A DNA stretch of 39,397 nt from a virus (Duplodnaviria > Heunggongvirae > Uroviricota > Caudoviricetes), in IMG/VR virus record IMGVR_UViG_3300044638_005715, positions 1 through 39,397 of that record; one strand, given 5' to 3'. A model generated the notes under the pieces. The model was given only the letters and a program-made list of their open reading frames with translations, was not told the DNA's origin and made no database searches. The position numbers and the translations under genes are program-made. Each line of letters starts with the position of its first letter. Within the stretch, counting starts at the first letter, position 1. Shown piece by piece: positions 18,160-27,310 of this stretch.

Positions 18160-18449
18160 CAGCCATAGAAAAAATTGCCGAATTTTACTATAAAAAACAC
18201 TCATCTGTTGATAAGGCAATTCATGAAGTATTAAGCCTTCGTATTACTAATATAACAGAAGATGATACAGAAGTCAGAATTACTCTATCTAGGCCCGGTA
18301 TACTTATTGGTAGAAATGGTACAAATATTACTGACCTTATAAATCATATGGGCAAATCTATAAGAATTATAGAGGCAGAAAATTGTGTTACTGATCAAAT
18401 AATCATAGAAATATATAATCAAGATCCATCATATTTAAATGACTATTGA
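18156..18449 (+). CDS. stand-alone type II KH-domain protein (uS3-like KH)
   Basis: VRITLSRPGILIGRNGTNI matches the RPG.VIG..G GxxG loop of the S3 KH domain. Confidence 0.7.
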   Translation: MTAIEKIAEFYYKKHSSVDKAIHEVLSLRITNITEDDTEVRITLSRPGILIGRNGTNITDLINHMGKSIRIIEAENCVTDQIIIEIYNQDPSYLNDY

Positions 18450-18625
18450 ACATCGCAGATACTCTTTACAAGAATCTGATCAAATATGTGATCAAATAAT
18501 TGATAATAAGTATACATATAGTGTATCACATCTAATAGTTAATACTATGTGGAATCAATTTGGCCTTATGTTAAAAAATAATGTCAAACATGCAGTACGA
18601 AAGATTGACAATAAGGGGCAAAATA

Positions 18626-18811
18626 ATGAATAATAAAGATATTAATTGGATTGCGGTTTGTTTCTGTATTCTTATTTTTTCATTAACAATTGGATTTTTG
18701 GGCGGGGTTTTATTGGTAGAGGAAAAATTTCGTAAAGAATTAAAGGCAAGAAACCTTATTGAGGATTATATAGATGATAATCGAGAGGTAAAATGGAGAT
18801 ATAAGGAATAG
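18626..18811 (+). CDS. small membrane protein
   Basis: IAVCFCILIFSLTIGFLGGVLLV; AGGGG SD-like. Confidence 0.6.
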   Translation: MNNKDINWIAVCFCILIFSLTIGFLGGVLLVEEKFRKELKARNLIEDYIDDNREVKWRYKE

Positions 18812-18814
18812 AAA

Positions 18815-19660
18815 ATGCTATTAACAGGTTCAAGGGCCCTTGACATTCATTGTGGTCGCCCCAATAGTAAATCAGACTGGGATTTCATTGCATCAGAAGA
18901 TGAGCTTAATGAAATAGGTTTAACATTTGTGGGCCAACATTCTACTAAGATCAATAATGTAGAATTTCTTAATAAGAGCATATTAGGCAATGATATATTT
19001 ATTGGTGATGGGCCGCCCCTCCAGTACAATACCTTATTTTCTTTCCCTTATAAAGTATGTACTTTACAGGAATTATATATTCAGAAACGAAGCCATATAC
19101 ATAGGCCCCTAAATTTCATGCGTCACATTCATGAATTGGAAGTGATCAAAAATAAATGTATGGAAATGGGATGCTGGCCAGTAAACCTAAATCAATTAAA
19201 GCAACGCATTAAATTAACAAAACAGTTATATAAGGATAATGTTCCATCATTAAATAAAACAAATGATGATTTTTTCGATGATGCAGTAAAGAAACAATAT
19301 GTTCATGATGATATTCATATTGCTATGGCACACTATGGGGCCCCTATCTATGAAAGTTTAAAAGTGGATAAGGAATTAGCTAAATGTGAAAGGGATTTAT
19401 GGGATATGTTATTACATAGGGATAAAATTAAATGTGTGCTTGAGGAAGCATATGTAATAGCACTTGAGCGATTTATTATTCCAAAAATGCTTGACAATCA
19501 GCCATTTTGTAGTAAAATATCATTTCTTAGGGCCTTAGAAAAGATTTGTACTACATTAACTAGTGGCTGGTTTAGAGATTTTGCAATTGATAATTACTTT
19601 GAGATCAAAAATAGTATGATTGATTATGTGGATGTTTTTAATAAAAAATTTAAGGGGTAA
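18815..19660 (+). CDS. phage protein with N-terminal nucleotidyltransferase-like motif
   Basis: LTGSRAL...SDWDF (GS + DxD); HDDIH; EEAYVIALERF. Confidence 0.6.
   Translation: MLLTGSRALDIHCGRPNSKSDWDFIASEDELNEIGLTFVGQHSTKINNVEFLNKSILGNDIFIGDGPPLQYNTLFSFPYKVCTLQELYIQKRSHIHRPLNFMRHIHELEVIKNKCMEMGCWPVNLNQLKQRIKLTKQLYKDNVPSLNKTNDDFFDDAVKKQYVHDDIHIAMAHYGAPIYESLKVDKELAKCERDLWDMLLHRDKIKCVLEEAYVIALERFIIPKMLDNQPFCSKISFLRALEKICTTLTSGWFRDFAIDNYFEIKNSMIDYVDVFNKKFKG
19491..19518 (+). promoter_or_regulatory. internal promoter TTGACA-N16-TAAAAT
   Basis: Inside the upstream CDS, ~150 bp before 19664. Confidence 0.45.
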
Positions 19661-19663
19661 TAT

Positions 19664-20005
19664 ATGTTATTAGAAGAAGTTCTGTTTTCTGAAGATCGTA
19701 ATGATTACAATTTAATTTCAGAATTAAAAGATATGCTGCTTTATGAAGAATGTAATAATACTATAAATGGATCACAAGTTAATTATAATGTGAGTATAGT
19801 TGACACATTTGGCGGTGAGGGCAAGGGAGAGAAGTATTGGGTAATTTTTAGTATTTCTATTAATGGAGACCCTGATACAGAAAAAACATATAGGGTCAAT
19901 GGTGAATATTATTCATATGAAGGTGTTACCTTATACTTTAGTAATATTGAAGAAGTAAAAAAAGTAAAGGTTACTACCACAAAATGGAAGGCTGTTAAAA
20001 ATTAA
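19664..20005 (+). CDS. phage hypothetical protein, GGEGKGE family, copy 1
   Basis: GGEGKGEKYWVIFSI...YRVNGEYYSYEG; paralog of 21836-22180. Confidence 0.75.
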   Translation: MLLEEVLFSEDRNDYNLISELKDMLLYEECNNTINGSQVNYNVSIVDTFGGEGKGEKYWVIFSISINGDPDTEKTYRVNGEYYSYEGVTLYFSNIEEVKKVKVTTTKWKAVKN

Positions 20006-20006
20006 T

Positions 20007-20672
20007 ATGAAAAGCATGTATATATTTAGTGATACCCACTGTATGCACGATCATATTAAATTAGATAGACAATATGATATGGCTATTTTTTGCGGTGATA
20101 TGTCTAATAGCTTTGATCTAGCAAAAAGTGAGGTCGAATGTAGAAGGTTTTTAGATTGGTACAATGAGGCCCCTTTTAAGTATAAACTATTAATTCCAGG
20201 TAATCATGATAGGGCCATTGAACATAAATGGGTTCATCCAGATGAATATAAAGAATTAACATGGTTTTTTAATGAAACTAAAATAATTGATGATTTGAAA
20301 ATATTTGGTAGCCCATATACTCCAGTCTATGGAAAGTGCGGGGCCTATATGTATAATAGAAAAGATGCACATAAATATTGGCATTGTATTGAAGAGGGAA
20401 CTGATATTGTCATTACACATGGGCCCCCACTTGGAATACTTGATCTTGCCGATCATAACCAGGATAGATCACTAATTGCACAAGTGGGTTGTAGAACACT
20501 ATATAAGACAATAGATAAAATTCGGCCCAAATTACATTGCTTTGGTCACATTCATTCAACAGATAGATTTAATAATAGGGGAATTTATAGCAATGATAAT
20601 ACAGCATTCATAAATGCCGCCTGTTTTAATCATACCAAAAATGTATTTTATCAGGGCATTTCCATAAATTAA
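20007..20672 (+). CDS. calcineurin-like metallophosphoesterase
   Basis: SDTH, CGD, PGNHD, ITHGPP, CFGHIH. Confidence 0.92.
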   Translation: MKSMYIFSDTHCMHDHIKLDRQYDMAIFCGDMSNSFDLAKSEVECRRFLDWYNEAPFKYKLLIPGNHDRAIEHKWVHPDEYKELTWFFNETKIIDDLKIFGSPYTPVYGKCGAYMYNRKDAHKYWHCIEEGTDIVITHGPPLGILDLADHNQDRSLIAQVGCRTLYKTIDKIRPKLHCFGHIHSTDRFNNRGIYSNDNTAFINAACFNHTKNVFYQGISIN

Positions 20673-20682
20673 AAATAATCAC

Positions 20683-20710
20683 TTGACAATTCAAAAATTT
20701 CCCCTATAAT
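20683..20710 (+). promoter_or_regulatory. promoter TTGACA-N16-TATAAT
   Basis: Perfect hexamers, intergenic. Confidence 0.8.
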
Positions 20711-20726
20711 GATGAAGAGGTTTTAA

Positions 20727-20888
20727 ATGTTTCTGTTTTTGTGGATGTTGGCTGGATTTTTTATTTGCACTTGGCTGATGCAAGTCATTAGTTCTTTTGC
20801 AAAAATTACTACATATCATCATTATAATATTATTTTTGGATTAATCGGGTCGTTAGTAGCTTACACTTATTTTAATGGGTTATTTTAG
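20727..20888 (+). CDS. small membrane protein (53 aa, absent from ORF track)
   Basis: GAGG SD; MFLFLWMLAGFFICTWLMQ...IIFGLIGSLVAY; directly after promoter 20683. Confidence 0.55.
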   Translation: MFLFLWMLAGFFICTWLMQVISSFAKITTYHHYNIIFGLIGSLVAYTYFNGLF

Positions 20889-20897
20889 GTTAAATAT

Positions 20898-21434
20898 ATG
20901 AAACATTCTGTAGTAAATTTTGCTGTTAGTGCTTATGATGGTGTTTATAGAAAATATGATGAGATGCCATATATAGTACATCCATTTGATGTTTTAAAGT
21001 TGATCGTCGGACTAGATATTAAAGATGAGGTAATGCATAATGCTGCATTATGTCATGATATCAAGGAAGAGGCCCCTCATATATCATATGGGGAAATAGA
21101 GAGGGAAATTGGAACAGAGGCAATGGAAATTGTTAAAGAATTGACATTTGAGCCTATGCGTAATGGAATTCCAACCCATTTACAAAAAGCCGCCTATATT
21201 AATGGATTAGCTTGTGCATCACCAAAGGCCCTTGTTATTAAATTAGCTGATCGAATGTGTAATTCATTGGATTTTATGAAACATGATCAAAAATATGCTG
21301 TGAAATACTGGAATAAAGCATCTGTATTATGTGATGCTTTTCATGATCGCGATGATATTATTAATGTTATTGGTGTAGAACCATTTGCAAAACTTCGTAC
21401 CATGCTAAGTCTTGTTCCCGGTGTAATAGGTTAA
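20898..21434 (+). CDS. HD-domain hydrolase, RelA/SpoT-hydrolase (Mesh1/SAH)-like
   Basis: RK..EMPYIVHP, AALCHDIKEE, IVKELT, VIKLADRMCN. Confidence 0.8.
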   Translation: MKHSVVNFAVSAYDGVYRKYDEMPYIVHPFDVLKLIVGLDIKDEVMHNAALCHDIKEEAPHISYGEIEREIGTEAMEIVKELTFEPMRNGIPTHLQKAAYINGLACASPKALVIKLADRMCNSLDFMKHDQKYAVKYWNKASVLCDAFHDRDDIINVIGVEPFAKLRTMLSLVPGVIG

Positions 21435-21436
21435 AA

Positions 21437-21643
21437 ATGAATTGGAAATGTTTGTTTGCACATAATTGGGTTACAATAGATAGCGAACATATCTTTTGCA
21501 ATAGAACTATTTTATTACATAGGCGAGTATGTCTTAGATGTAATAAAATCGATGATGAAATTACACAATTCAAAAACGAACAAATAAAAGAAGCAGAAGA
21601 CAGAGAGTTGGCACGTAAAATATTTAATAGGAGTAAAAAATGA
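21437..21643 (+). CDS. small Cys/His protein (DUF1660-like)
   Basis: WKCLFAHNW...CLRC. Confidence 0.5.
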   Translation: MNWKCLFAHNWVTIDSEHIFCNRTILLHRRVCLRCNKIDDEITQFKNEQIKEAEDRELARKIFNRSKK

Positions 21644-21835
21644 GAAAGGTTACAATCGATTTAGCATATAGGATGATTATTGGGCGTGGTTGGACCCCAC
21701 CAATCAATAGGGACAAATATGATGATGAAGAATTATGGAATATTATTGTAGATATTGAGCATTCTTATAAGAAATTAACCGAGTCTATTAAACAATTAAA
21801 AAATTTATATAATAAAAACAAAAAGGATAAATGAA

Positions 21836-22180
21836 ATGAATATTGAGGAAGTATTATTAGAAACAGACCGTCAAGATGAAGACGTAATTGATACATTAGA
21901 AGAATTTATACAATATTATCGTATTGATGCTACAACAGATATTAATATTGGATCAAATAAATATGATATTAAAATCATGGATGGATATGGTGGTGAAGGA
22001 AAAGGAGAAGACTATTGGGTTGTTTTTAGCATCACAATTAATAAAGATGAAACAACACAAAAAATATATATGGTTAATGGAGAATACTATTCATATGAAG
22101 GTTCTACATTATACTGGCATAATGTAAAAGAAGTTGAATGTGTAAAAGTGGTTGTAGATAAGTGGAGAGAGAAAAAATAA
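21836..22180 (+). CDS. phage hypothetical protein, GGEGKGE family, copy 2
   Basis: GGEGKGEDYWVVFSI...YMVNGEYYSYEG. Confidence 0.75.
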   Translation: MNIEEVLLETDRQDEDVIDTLEEFIQYYRIDATTDINIGSNKYDIKIMDGYGGEGKGEDYWVVFSITINKDETTQKIYMVNGEYYSYEGSTLYWHNVKEVECVKVVVDKWREKK

Positions 22181-23113
22181 TTATTATGTCAAAATTTATA
22201 GTTACTGGAACAGTAGTTGGCAGTATTCATCTTGGTGAATATGATGCAGAAACTGCCGAGGAAGCTGTTGAAAAGGCCCTAGATAAAGCATATGTTGGTT
22301 TTTGCCATCAATGTTCACATCAATGCGAAAATGCTGAGGTTGAGTCAGCAGAGGCGGAATTAGTAGATTAATTATGAATACACGCACACTATTAGAATTA
22401 GAAGGGGCGAGAGTGCTCCTTATTCATGCACAAAACATAATTGCTGAGGCATGTCGTAAAATTAATGAGTCGGGAATATCATTTGAACGTGAGAAAGCAT
22501 GTATTAAAAGCAATCTTTCTACATCATTACATAGTATAAATTATGCTAATTCTGAAATTATATATATAATGAATGATATAGAAAATGAACAAAAGTAAAT
22601 CAATTCTTAAATCACCAGAAAAGGCAGTATATTTTAAAATCCTTCACAAATGTCGTAACGGCAAGTGTAAGAATATTTATATGATGCATATTTCATGTAT
22701 TGATTTCTGTATAGATTCTATTCAAATATTAGGGCCGATAAAGAATGGGATTGAAAAATGACCACATTTAAAATAATTAGAAAGCAAATTACTGAATATG
22801 AATTTATTGTTAATGCTCCAGATATATTAAGGGCAGAAATAACGGTCTCATGTGGACCAATAGAACGTGTACTAAACAAGGAGAGTATATATGAATATCA
22901 TGTTAAGGAATATTCATTAGTTGATAAACCTATGGAAATAAATGATGAATAAATTTGAAGTAATTTGTCGGATACCATTGCATACAGTGTTTTATCAACA
23001 TCTATTTGGTAAATATGGTAGTGAAAATCTGATAAGAAAATATCTAATGATGCATATTTCTCTTGGGGGATTTATTACACAGGAAATAGAAAAAAAAATC
23101 TTTTAAAAAACGC

Positions 23114-23141
23114 TTGACAACAAATTTTTTGACCTTATAAT
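23114..23141 (+). promoter_or_regulatory. promoter TTGACA-N16-TATAAT with upstream A-tracts
   Basis: Perfect hexamers; GGAG SD follows before 23185. Confidence 0.85.
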
Positions 23142-23184
23142 AAAACACATAAACCTTTAAACCCTTTCCCTTACGGAGAAAAAA

Positions 23185-24036
23185 ATGATTGATAGTTTGA
23201 CGCCAGAGCAGGAAGCACAGTTGCCAGTTTATCGAGACAAGTGGATTAATATTGGTCTCCAAACTGGCCCCTGTAATTTTGAGGAAGCATGTAAGTGGGT
23301 ACGTGTCGCCTATGAAAAGGCTAATCTAGCACCACCAAAGGATATTATTCATGCACATGGTCCACTTGAGGCCATTGATATCATCCAGAAGAAAACTGGT
23401 GAAACTAAGTCTGAAATTCTAGCAGGCCAAATGTATGGCAATCATGATGCTAACTGGCTCGGCTATTATGAGTATTTTTGGAAGGTTTTGGGAGTGGAAG
23501 AGTGTAATTTGCTTGAGGGCCTGATTAACCTAGCTTATCATGCTGGGTGGTGGAATGCTTATGAGGATTTTGCAGTAGTGCAAGATTTCCCAGTCATTAT
23601 TCATCGTAATCAGGAAGGGGCCCTTCATTGTGAGGATGGTCCTGCCCTACATTATAATGATGGTCTAAAGATTTGGCAAATCGATGGGCATCGTGTAAAT
23701 GAGCAGATTGTAATGAGGCCAGAAACCTTAACCGTAAAACAGATTCATGCGGAAACCAATGCCGATATTCAATCAATTATGTTGAATCGATTTGGTTGGC
23801 ATCGTTATATTGTGGATACTGCCGCAAAATTATTGGATAATCGTCATAATTACGTGGAAAATACCAAGGAGGCACTATATGATTGTGGTACACAAGGATT
23901 GAGATTATTGGTAACCTGCCCCAGCGGCAGAGTATTTAGTAAGGGCATTGGCCCTGGTATTAAGACATGTCAAGCCGCCCAAAGTTGGCTTGGCAATGAT
24001 GTTGAGAATAAGTTTAATATTATTGGTCGAACCTAA
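23185..24036 (+). CDS. DUF6745-like protein
   Basis: LTPEQEAQL..RDKW..GL.T, GNHDANWLGYY, GWW, LHCEDGPAL.YNDG..IW.IDG, NRFGW, LLVTCPS (family recalled). Confidence 0.75.
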   Translation: MIDSLTPEQEAQLPVYRDKWINIGLQTGPCNFEEACKWVRVAYEKANLAPPKDIIHAHGPLEAIDIIQKKTGETKSEILAGQMYGNHDANWLGYYEYFWKVLGVEECNLLEGLINLAYHAGWWNAYEDFAVVQDFPVIIHRNQEGALHCEDGPALHYNDGLKIWQIDGHRVNEQIVMRPETLTVKQIHAETNADIQSIMLNRFGWHRYIVDTAAKLLDNRHNYVENTKEALYDCGTQGLRLLVTCPSGRVFSKGIGPGIKTCQAAQSWLGNDVENKFNIIGRT

Positions 24037-24050
24037 TTAGGAGCTTTAAA

Positions 24051-24494
24051 ATGAATGTTGTTGATGAAATTGTAGATTTTGCAAAGCGTATTGCTAATGG
24101 TGAAGAAGATGTGTTGCCCGGTCAACCATTGAATTTCACCGAAGCCTCAACTATCAATGATAGGATTTGGCAAGGTGATATGGCAATCACTATTACTAAT
24201 AGTGAACCCCCCAAGGACTTTGTTGAAAAGAAGGACGTTCTAGTCCAACTTGTTCCAGGTAATACCACTGGGGCAAAACACTGCCTACAGAGTAAGATAG
24301 GTGTGGAGCAATGGGTTCCACAAAATTGGACTGAACTAGGGCTTATTGGCCCATGGATGCGATTTAGTGAACCAAATACTATTTTGCACCCAGTACACGG
24401 TTCTGTTAGTGTTCCTGCCGGTTTTTGTGTTCAAATCACATACCAAAGGGAATATGATGAAATTCAAAAGGCTGAACGTCGAGCAGCAGACTGA
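24051..24494 (+). CDS. partner protein of DUF6745 (QGD...H...HP.H...QREY family)
   Basis: WQGD, AKHCL, ILHPVHGSV.VPAG, TYQREY..RRAAD; AGGAG SD. Confidence 0.7.
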   Translation: MNVVDEIVDFAKRIANGEEDVLPGQPLNFTEASTINDRIWQGDMAITITNSEPPKDFVEKKDVLVQLVPGNTTGAKHCLQSKIGVEQWVPQNWTELGLIGPWMRFSEPNTILHPVHGSVSVPAGFCVQITYQREYDEIQKAERRAAD

Positions 24495-24507
24495 TTTTTA
24501 GCTTATT

Positions 24508-24547
24508 AAAAGGGGGTGGTGCCTAAAATCATCGCCCCCTTTTTTTA
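24508..24547 (+). terminator. intrinsic terminator
   Basis: Stem gggggtggtg (24512-21) / catcgccccc (24530-39), 8-nt loop, T-run; flanking A-run may allow bidirectional use. Confidence 0.85.
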
Positions 24548-24804
24548 TTTCAATAACTTAATGGAATCTATTATGACTAATGAAATTTTTGACAAATTAG
24601 ATAAGTTAGAAGAACTTCATAAGAAGTTTGAAACTTATCAAGCATATATTAATGCCATAGAATCTGTTAAATCAGAAATCACAAAAATAACCCATGAATT
24701 AACAAAAGAGTTGAAACATTTTGACTTAAATATGAGTAATTTTGGTGGTGAGTATAGAATAATTCAATTTTTAATTTCATTTAAGCAAAAACTAAGAGAA
24801 AAAA

Positions 24805-25092
24805 ATGGGGTCTAATCTAGATTCATTTAAAGAAGCTTTTTCATGTGGTCAATCAATAGATCCCATATGTGAGTGTGGAGAACAATATACCAAATATGAT
24901 GATGATGATTATCTAACTCCAATGATATATTTTGAGGGAAAACGGTATGTGTATGATTGTAGCTGTTGGCATGAAAGGGCCACTAGAATAGCGAATTGGA
25001 TAGATGCACATAGCCACAATATTGTAGCATATATGAAAGCAGAAAAAGCAAGATTATATGCAATATCAGATATGTATCCAGTCCCAGAATAA
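24805..25092 (+). CDS. small Cys-containing hypothetical protein
   Basis: CECG...YDCSCWH. Confidence 0.6.
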   Translation: MGSNLDSFKEAFSCGQSIDPICECGEQYTKYDDDDYLTPMIYFEGKRYVYDCSCWHERATRIANWIDAHSHNIVAYMKAEKARLYAISDMYPVPE

Positions 25093-25307
25093 AATTATGA
25101 AACAACTAACATTACCGGGTACAGTTCCTCAACAACCAATTTGGTGTGGCTACAAAGGTGGGGCTTGGTACATTTATTTCGAATACAATGGGGCTTGGTG
25201 GGTTACATGCAATGCATGGGATGAACCAAAAGGACCATATACACAAAAACAAGCGGAAGAAAAGGCATGGAGTTTGGCTAGTGAGTCTGCGAGGTACTAA
25301 TAAAATT

Positions 25308-25946
25308 ATGACCATTAATATAATTACATTTTTTATCCTTCTCGTAATGGGCCTATTGCTATATGGATATATGAGAAGGAAAAGAAAACTCCTTATTATT
25401 ATGAGGGGCATTCCAGGAAGTGGTAAATCCACAATGGCTAAAAAGTTTGCTGAACAATATGGGGGCCCTTCCTGTATAGTTTCGGCAGATGATTTCTTTA
25501 TGCGTGATGGCATATACAAATTTGATAGAGATAAACTTTTTCAGGCCCATAAATCCGCAAAGCAAAAATTTTATTATGAAATACCAAATAATAATTTGAT
25601 GATTGTAGATAATACTAATTTATCATATGGCGAATTTGAATATTATATTGATACATGGAAAGTTAGAGAATATCCAAATAGATATAGGATTTTATTAATC
25701 ACCGTTGATCATGATTTTGATTCATGTTGTGAGCGAAATGTACATGGTGTAGATAATGAAACATTAAAAAAGATGTTGCATAAAAAATTAAATCAAGACT
25801 CTAGATTGGAATGGGCTGCTTTTTATTTAGGAAAAATATATACATTTGAGCCTGCATGGATTAATAAATGGTATAATAATTCCAATTCAGAAAATGAAAT
25901 GGATGAGTTTGTAGAAAACACTTTAAAACACTATAAAATGATTTGA
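25308..25946 (+). CDS. P-loop kinase (AAA_33 / PNK / N4BP2-like) with N-terminal transmembrane helix
   Basis: IIITFFILLVMGLLLYGY-type hydrophobic segment, then MRGIPGSGKST, VSADDFF, IVDNTN, CCERNVHGV. Confidence 0.8.
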   Translation: MTINIITFFILLVMGLLLYGYMRRKRKLLIIMRGIPGSGKSTMAKKFAEQYGGPSCIVSADDFFMRDGIYKFDRDKLFQAHKSAKQKFYYEIPNNNLMIVDNTNLSYGEFEYYIDTWKVREYPNRYRILLITVDHDFDSCCERNVHGVDNETLKKMLHKKLNQDSRLEWAAFYLGKIYTFEPAWINKWYNNSNSENEMDEFVENTLKHYKMI

Positions 25947-25970
25947 CAATTTTAAAATAGGAATTACAAT
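25943..25970 (+). promoter_or_regulatory. promoter TTGACA-N16-TACAAT, near-leaderless
   Basis: -10 ends at 25970, ATG at 25972. Confidence 0.55.
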
Positions 25971-25971
25971 A

Positions 25972-26175
25972 ATGAATGTGACATTAAGCTTGTATGATTT
26001 GGTTTTTTGGTTAACGATATTTTTCGTTTTATTCGGTGCAACACTTGGACTAATTGGTGTCTGGGTGGAGAAATTTTGGGAGTCTGAACAATGTATGAGG
26101 CTATTATTGACAGATGTAATTTTAGCTGTAGCTTCTGGTTTAGTAGCTACCATTATGAAATTTCTTGGTAATTGA
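25972..26175 (+). CDS. small two-TM membrane protein
   Basis: Two hydrophobic segments. Confidence 0.6.
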   Translation: MNVTLSLYDLVFWLTIFFVLFGATLGLIGVWVEKFWESEQCMRLLLTDVILAVASGLVATIMKFLGN

Positions 26176-26464
26176 TAGTATATTAGAAGTTGACAACAAT
26201 AAGGATAAAAATGTATTTTCAAAATAATCAACTATATGTAGTTCAAAATAATCGATGGCATACAACCATAAATGACTTAGGCCAAACAGTCAAACTTTAT
26301 AAGGGGCTTCCTGGCACAATTCGTGTTATTACAAAGGTTCGTAGGCGTCGAAACAAGTATTTTATTAGGGGCCTAAAAGAGTCATTCAATACGTTGGAAG
26401 AATGCATTTCTTTACTTCGTGATACTTTTGGCGATTTTATTGTTTTAAATGAGGTTACAGCAGA

Positions 26465-27310
26465 GTGATTACCCAATATCCAGATGGCCAACTTGATATT
26501 TCATTAACCAATGAAGAATTAGATATGCATGGAATTGTGCATTCTATACGTTCATATAATGATTTATTTGAATTAGCATCTATCGTAGATGTATTAAAGC
26601 ATAATAATAGGGGCCCCATACCACTATATTGTCCATACTTATTTGGTCAAAGATCTGATCGGCGATTTGATAAGAAGGCATCTTTTGGATTTAAACTTAT
26701 TGCTGATTTTATTAATAAATTAGGATTTAGTAGTATTGAATTATTTGATCCTCATAGTTCTACTATTCCTTCCCTTCTTAATAGATGTAATGTAAATGAG
26801 TCTATGTGGGAGGAAACTGTTATGCAGGCAGTCGAAATGACAAAGACTGCAAATGGTACTGATGAACTATATGTAGTATCTCCAGATGCCGGTGCATATA
26901 AGAAACTATTTATGCTGTGCAATAAATTTAATATGCCCCTTGTTGCTGCAAATAAGTTTAGGGATTTGAAAGGTAATATAGATTTAAATTTTTCTGTTCC
27001 AAAAGCAGATATTAAAGATAAACACTTCATTATTATTGATGATATATGTGAGTATGGTGGAACATTTAAACGACTTACGAATGAATTGATCGGTAGTATG
27101 GGAGCCAAATCAGTATCATTATATGTTTCGCATTTTTCGGGAGGCGGAAACGTATCATATAGTGATGAGGAAAAACTTTCTTTTGTTATTGATGGTATAT
27201 TAGAAATAGTGACTAGGATTTATACTACCAATAGTATAAGTCAAAACATGTCTAAGTTGAATAGAAATGTTTTTAACGTAATTGATTTACCAATGTGGAG
27301 TATAAACTAA
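26465..27310 (+). CDS. Prs-family pyrophosphokinase (probable NARP1 Adps-type)
   Basis: YPDGQ, PYLFGQRSDRRF, VVSPDAGA, IIDDICEYGGTF; GTG start; abuts the Nampt-like gene. Confidence 0.85.
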   Translation: MITQYPDGQLDISLTNEELDMHGIVHSIRSYNDLFELASIVDVLKHNNRGPIPLYCPYLFGQRSDRRFDKKASFGFKLIADFINKLGFSSIELFDPHSSTIPSLLNRCNVNESMWEETVMQAVEMTKTANGTDELYVVSPDAGAYKKLFMLCNKFNMPLVAANKFRDLKGNIDLNFSVPKADIKDKHFIIIDDICEYGGTFKRLTNELIGSMGAKSVSLYVSHFSGGGNVSYSDEEKLSFVIDGILEIVTRIYTTNSISQNMSKLNRNVFNVIDLPMWSIN

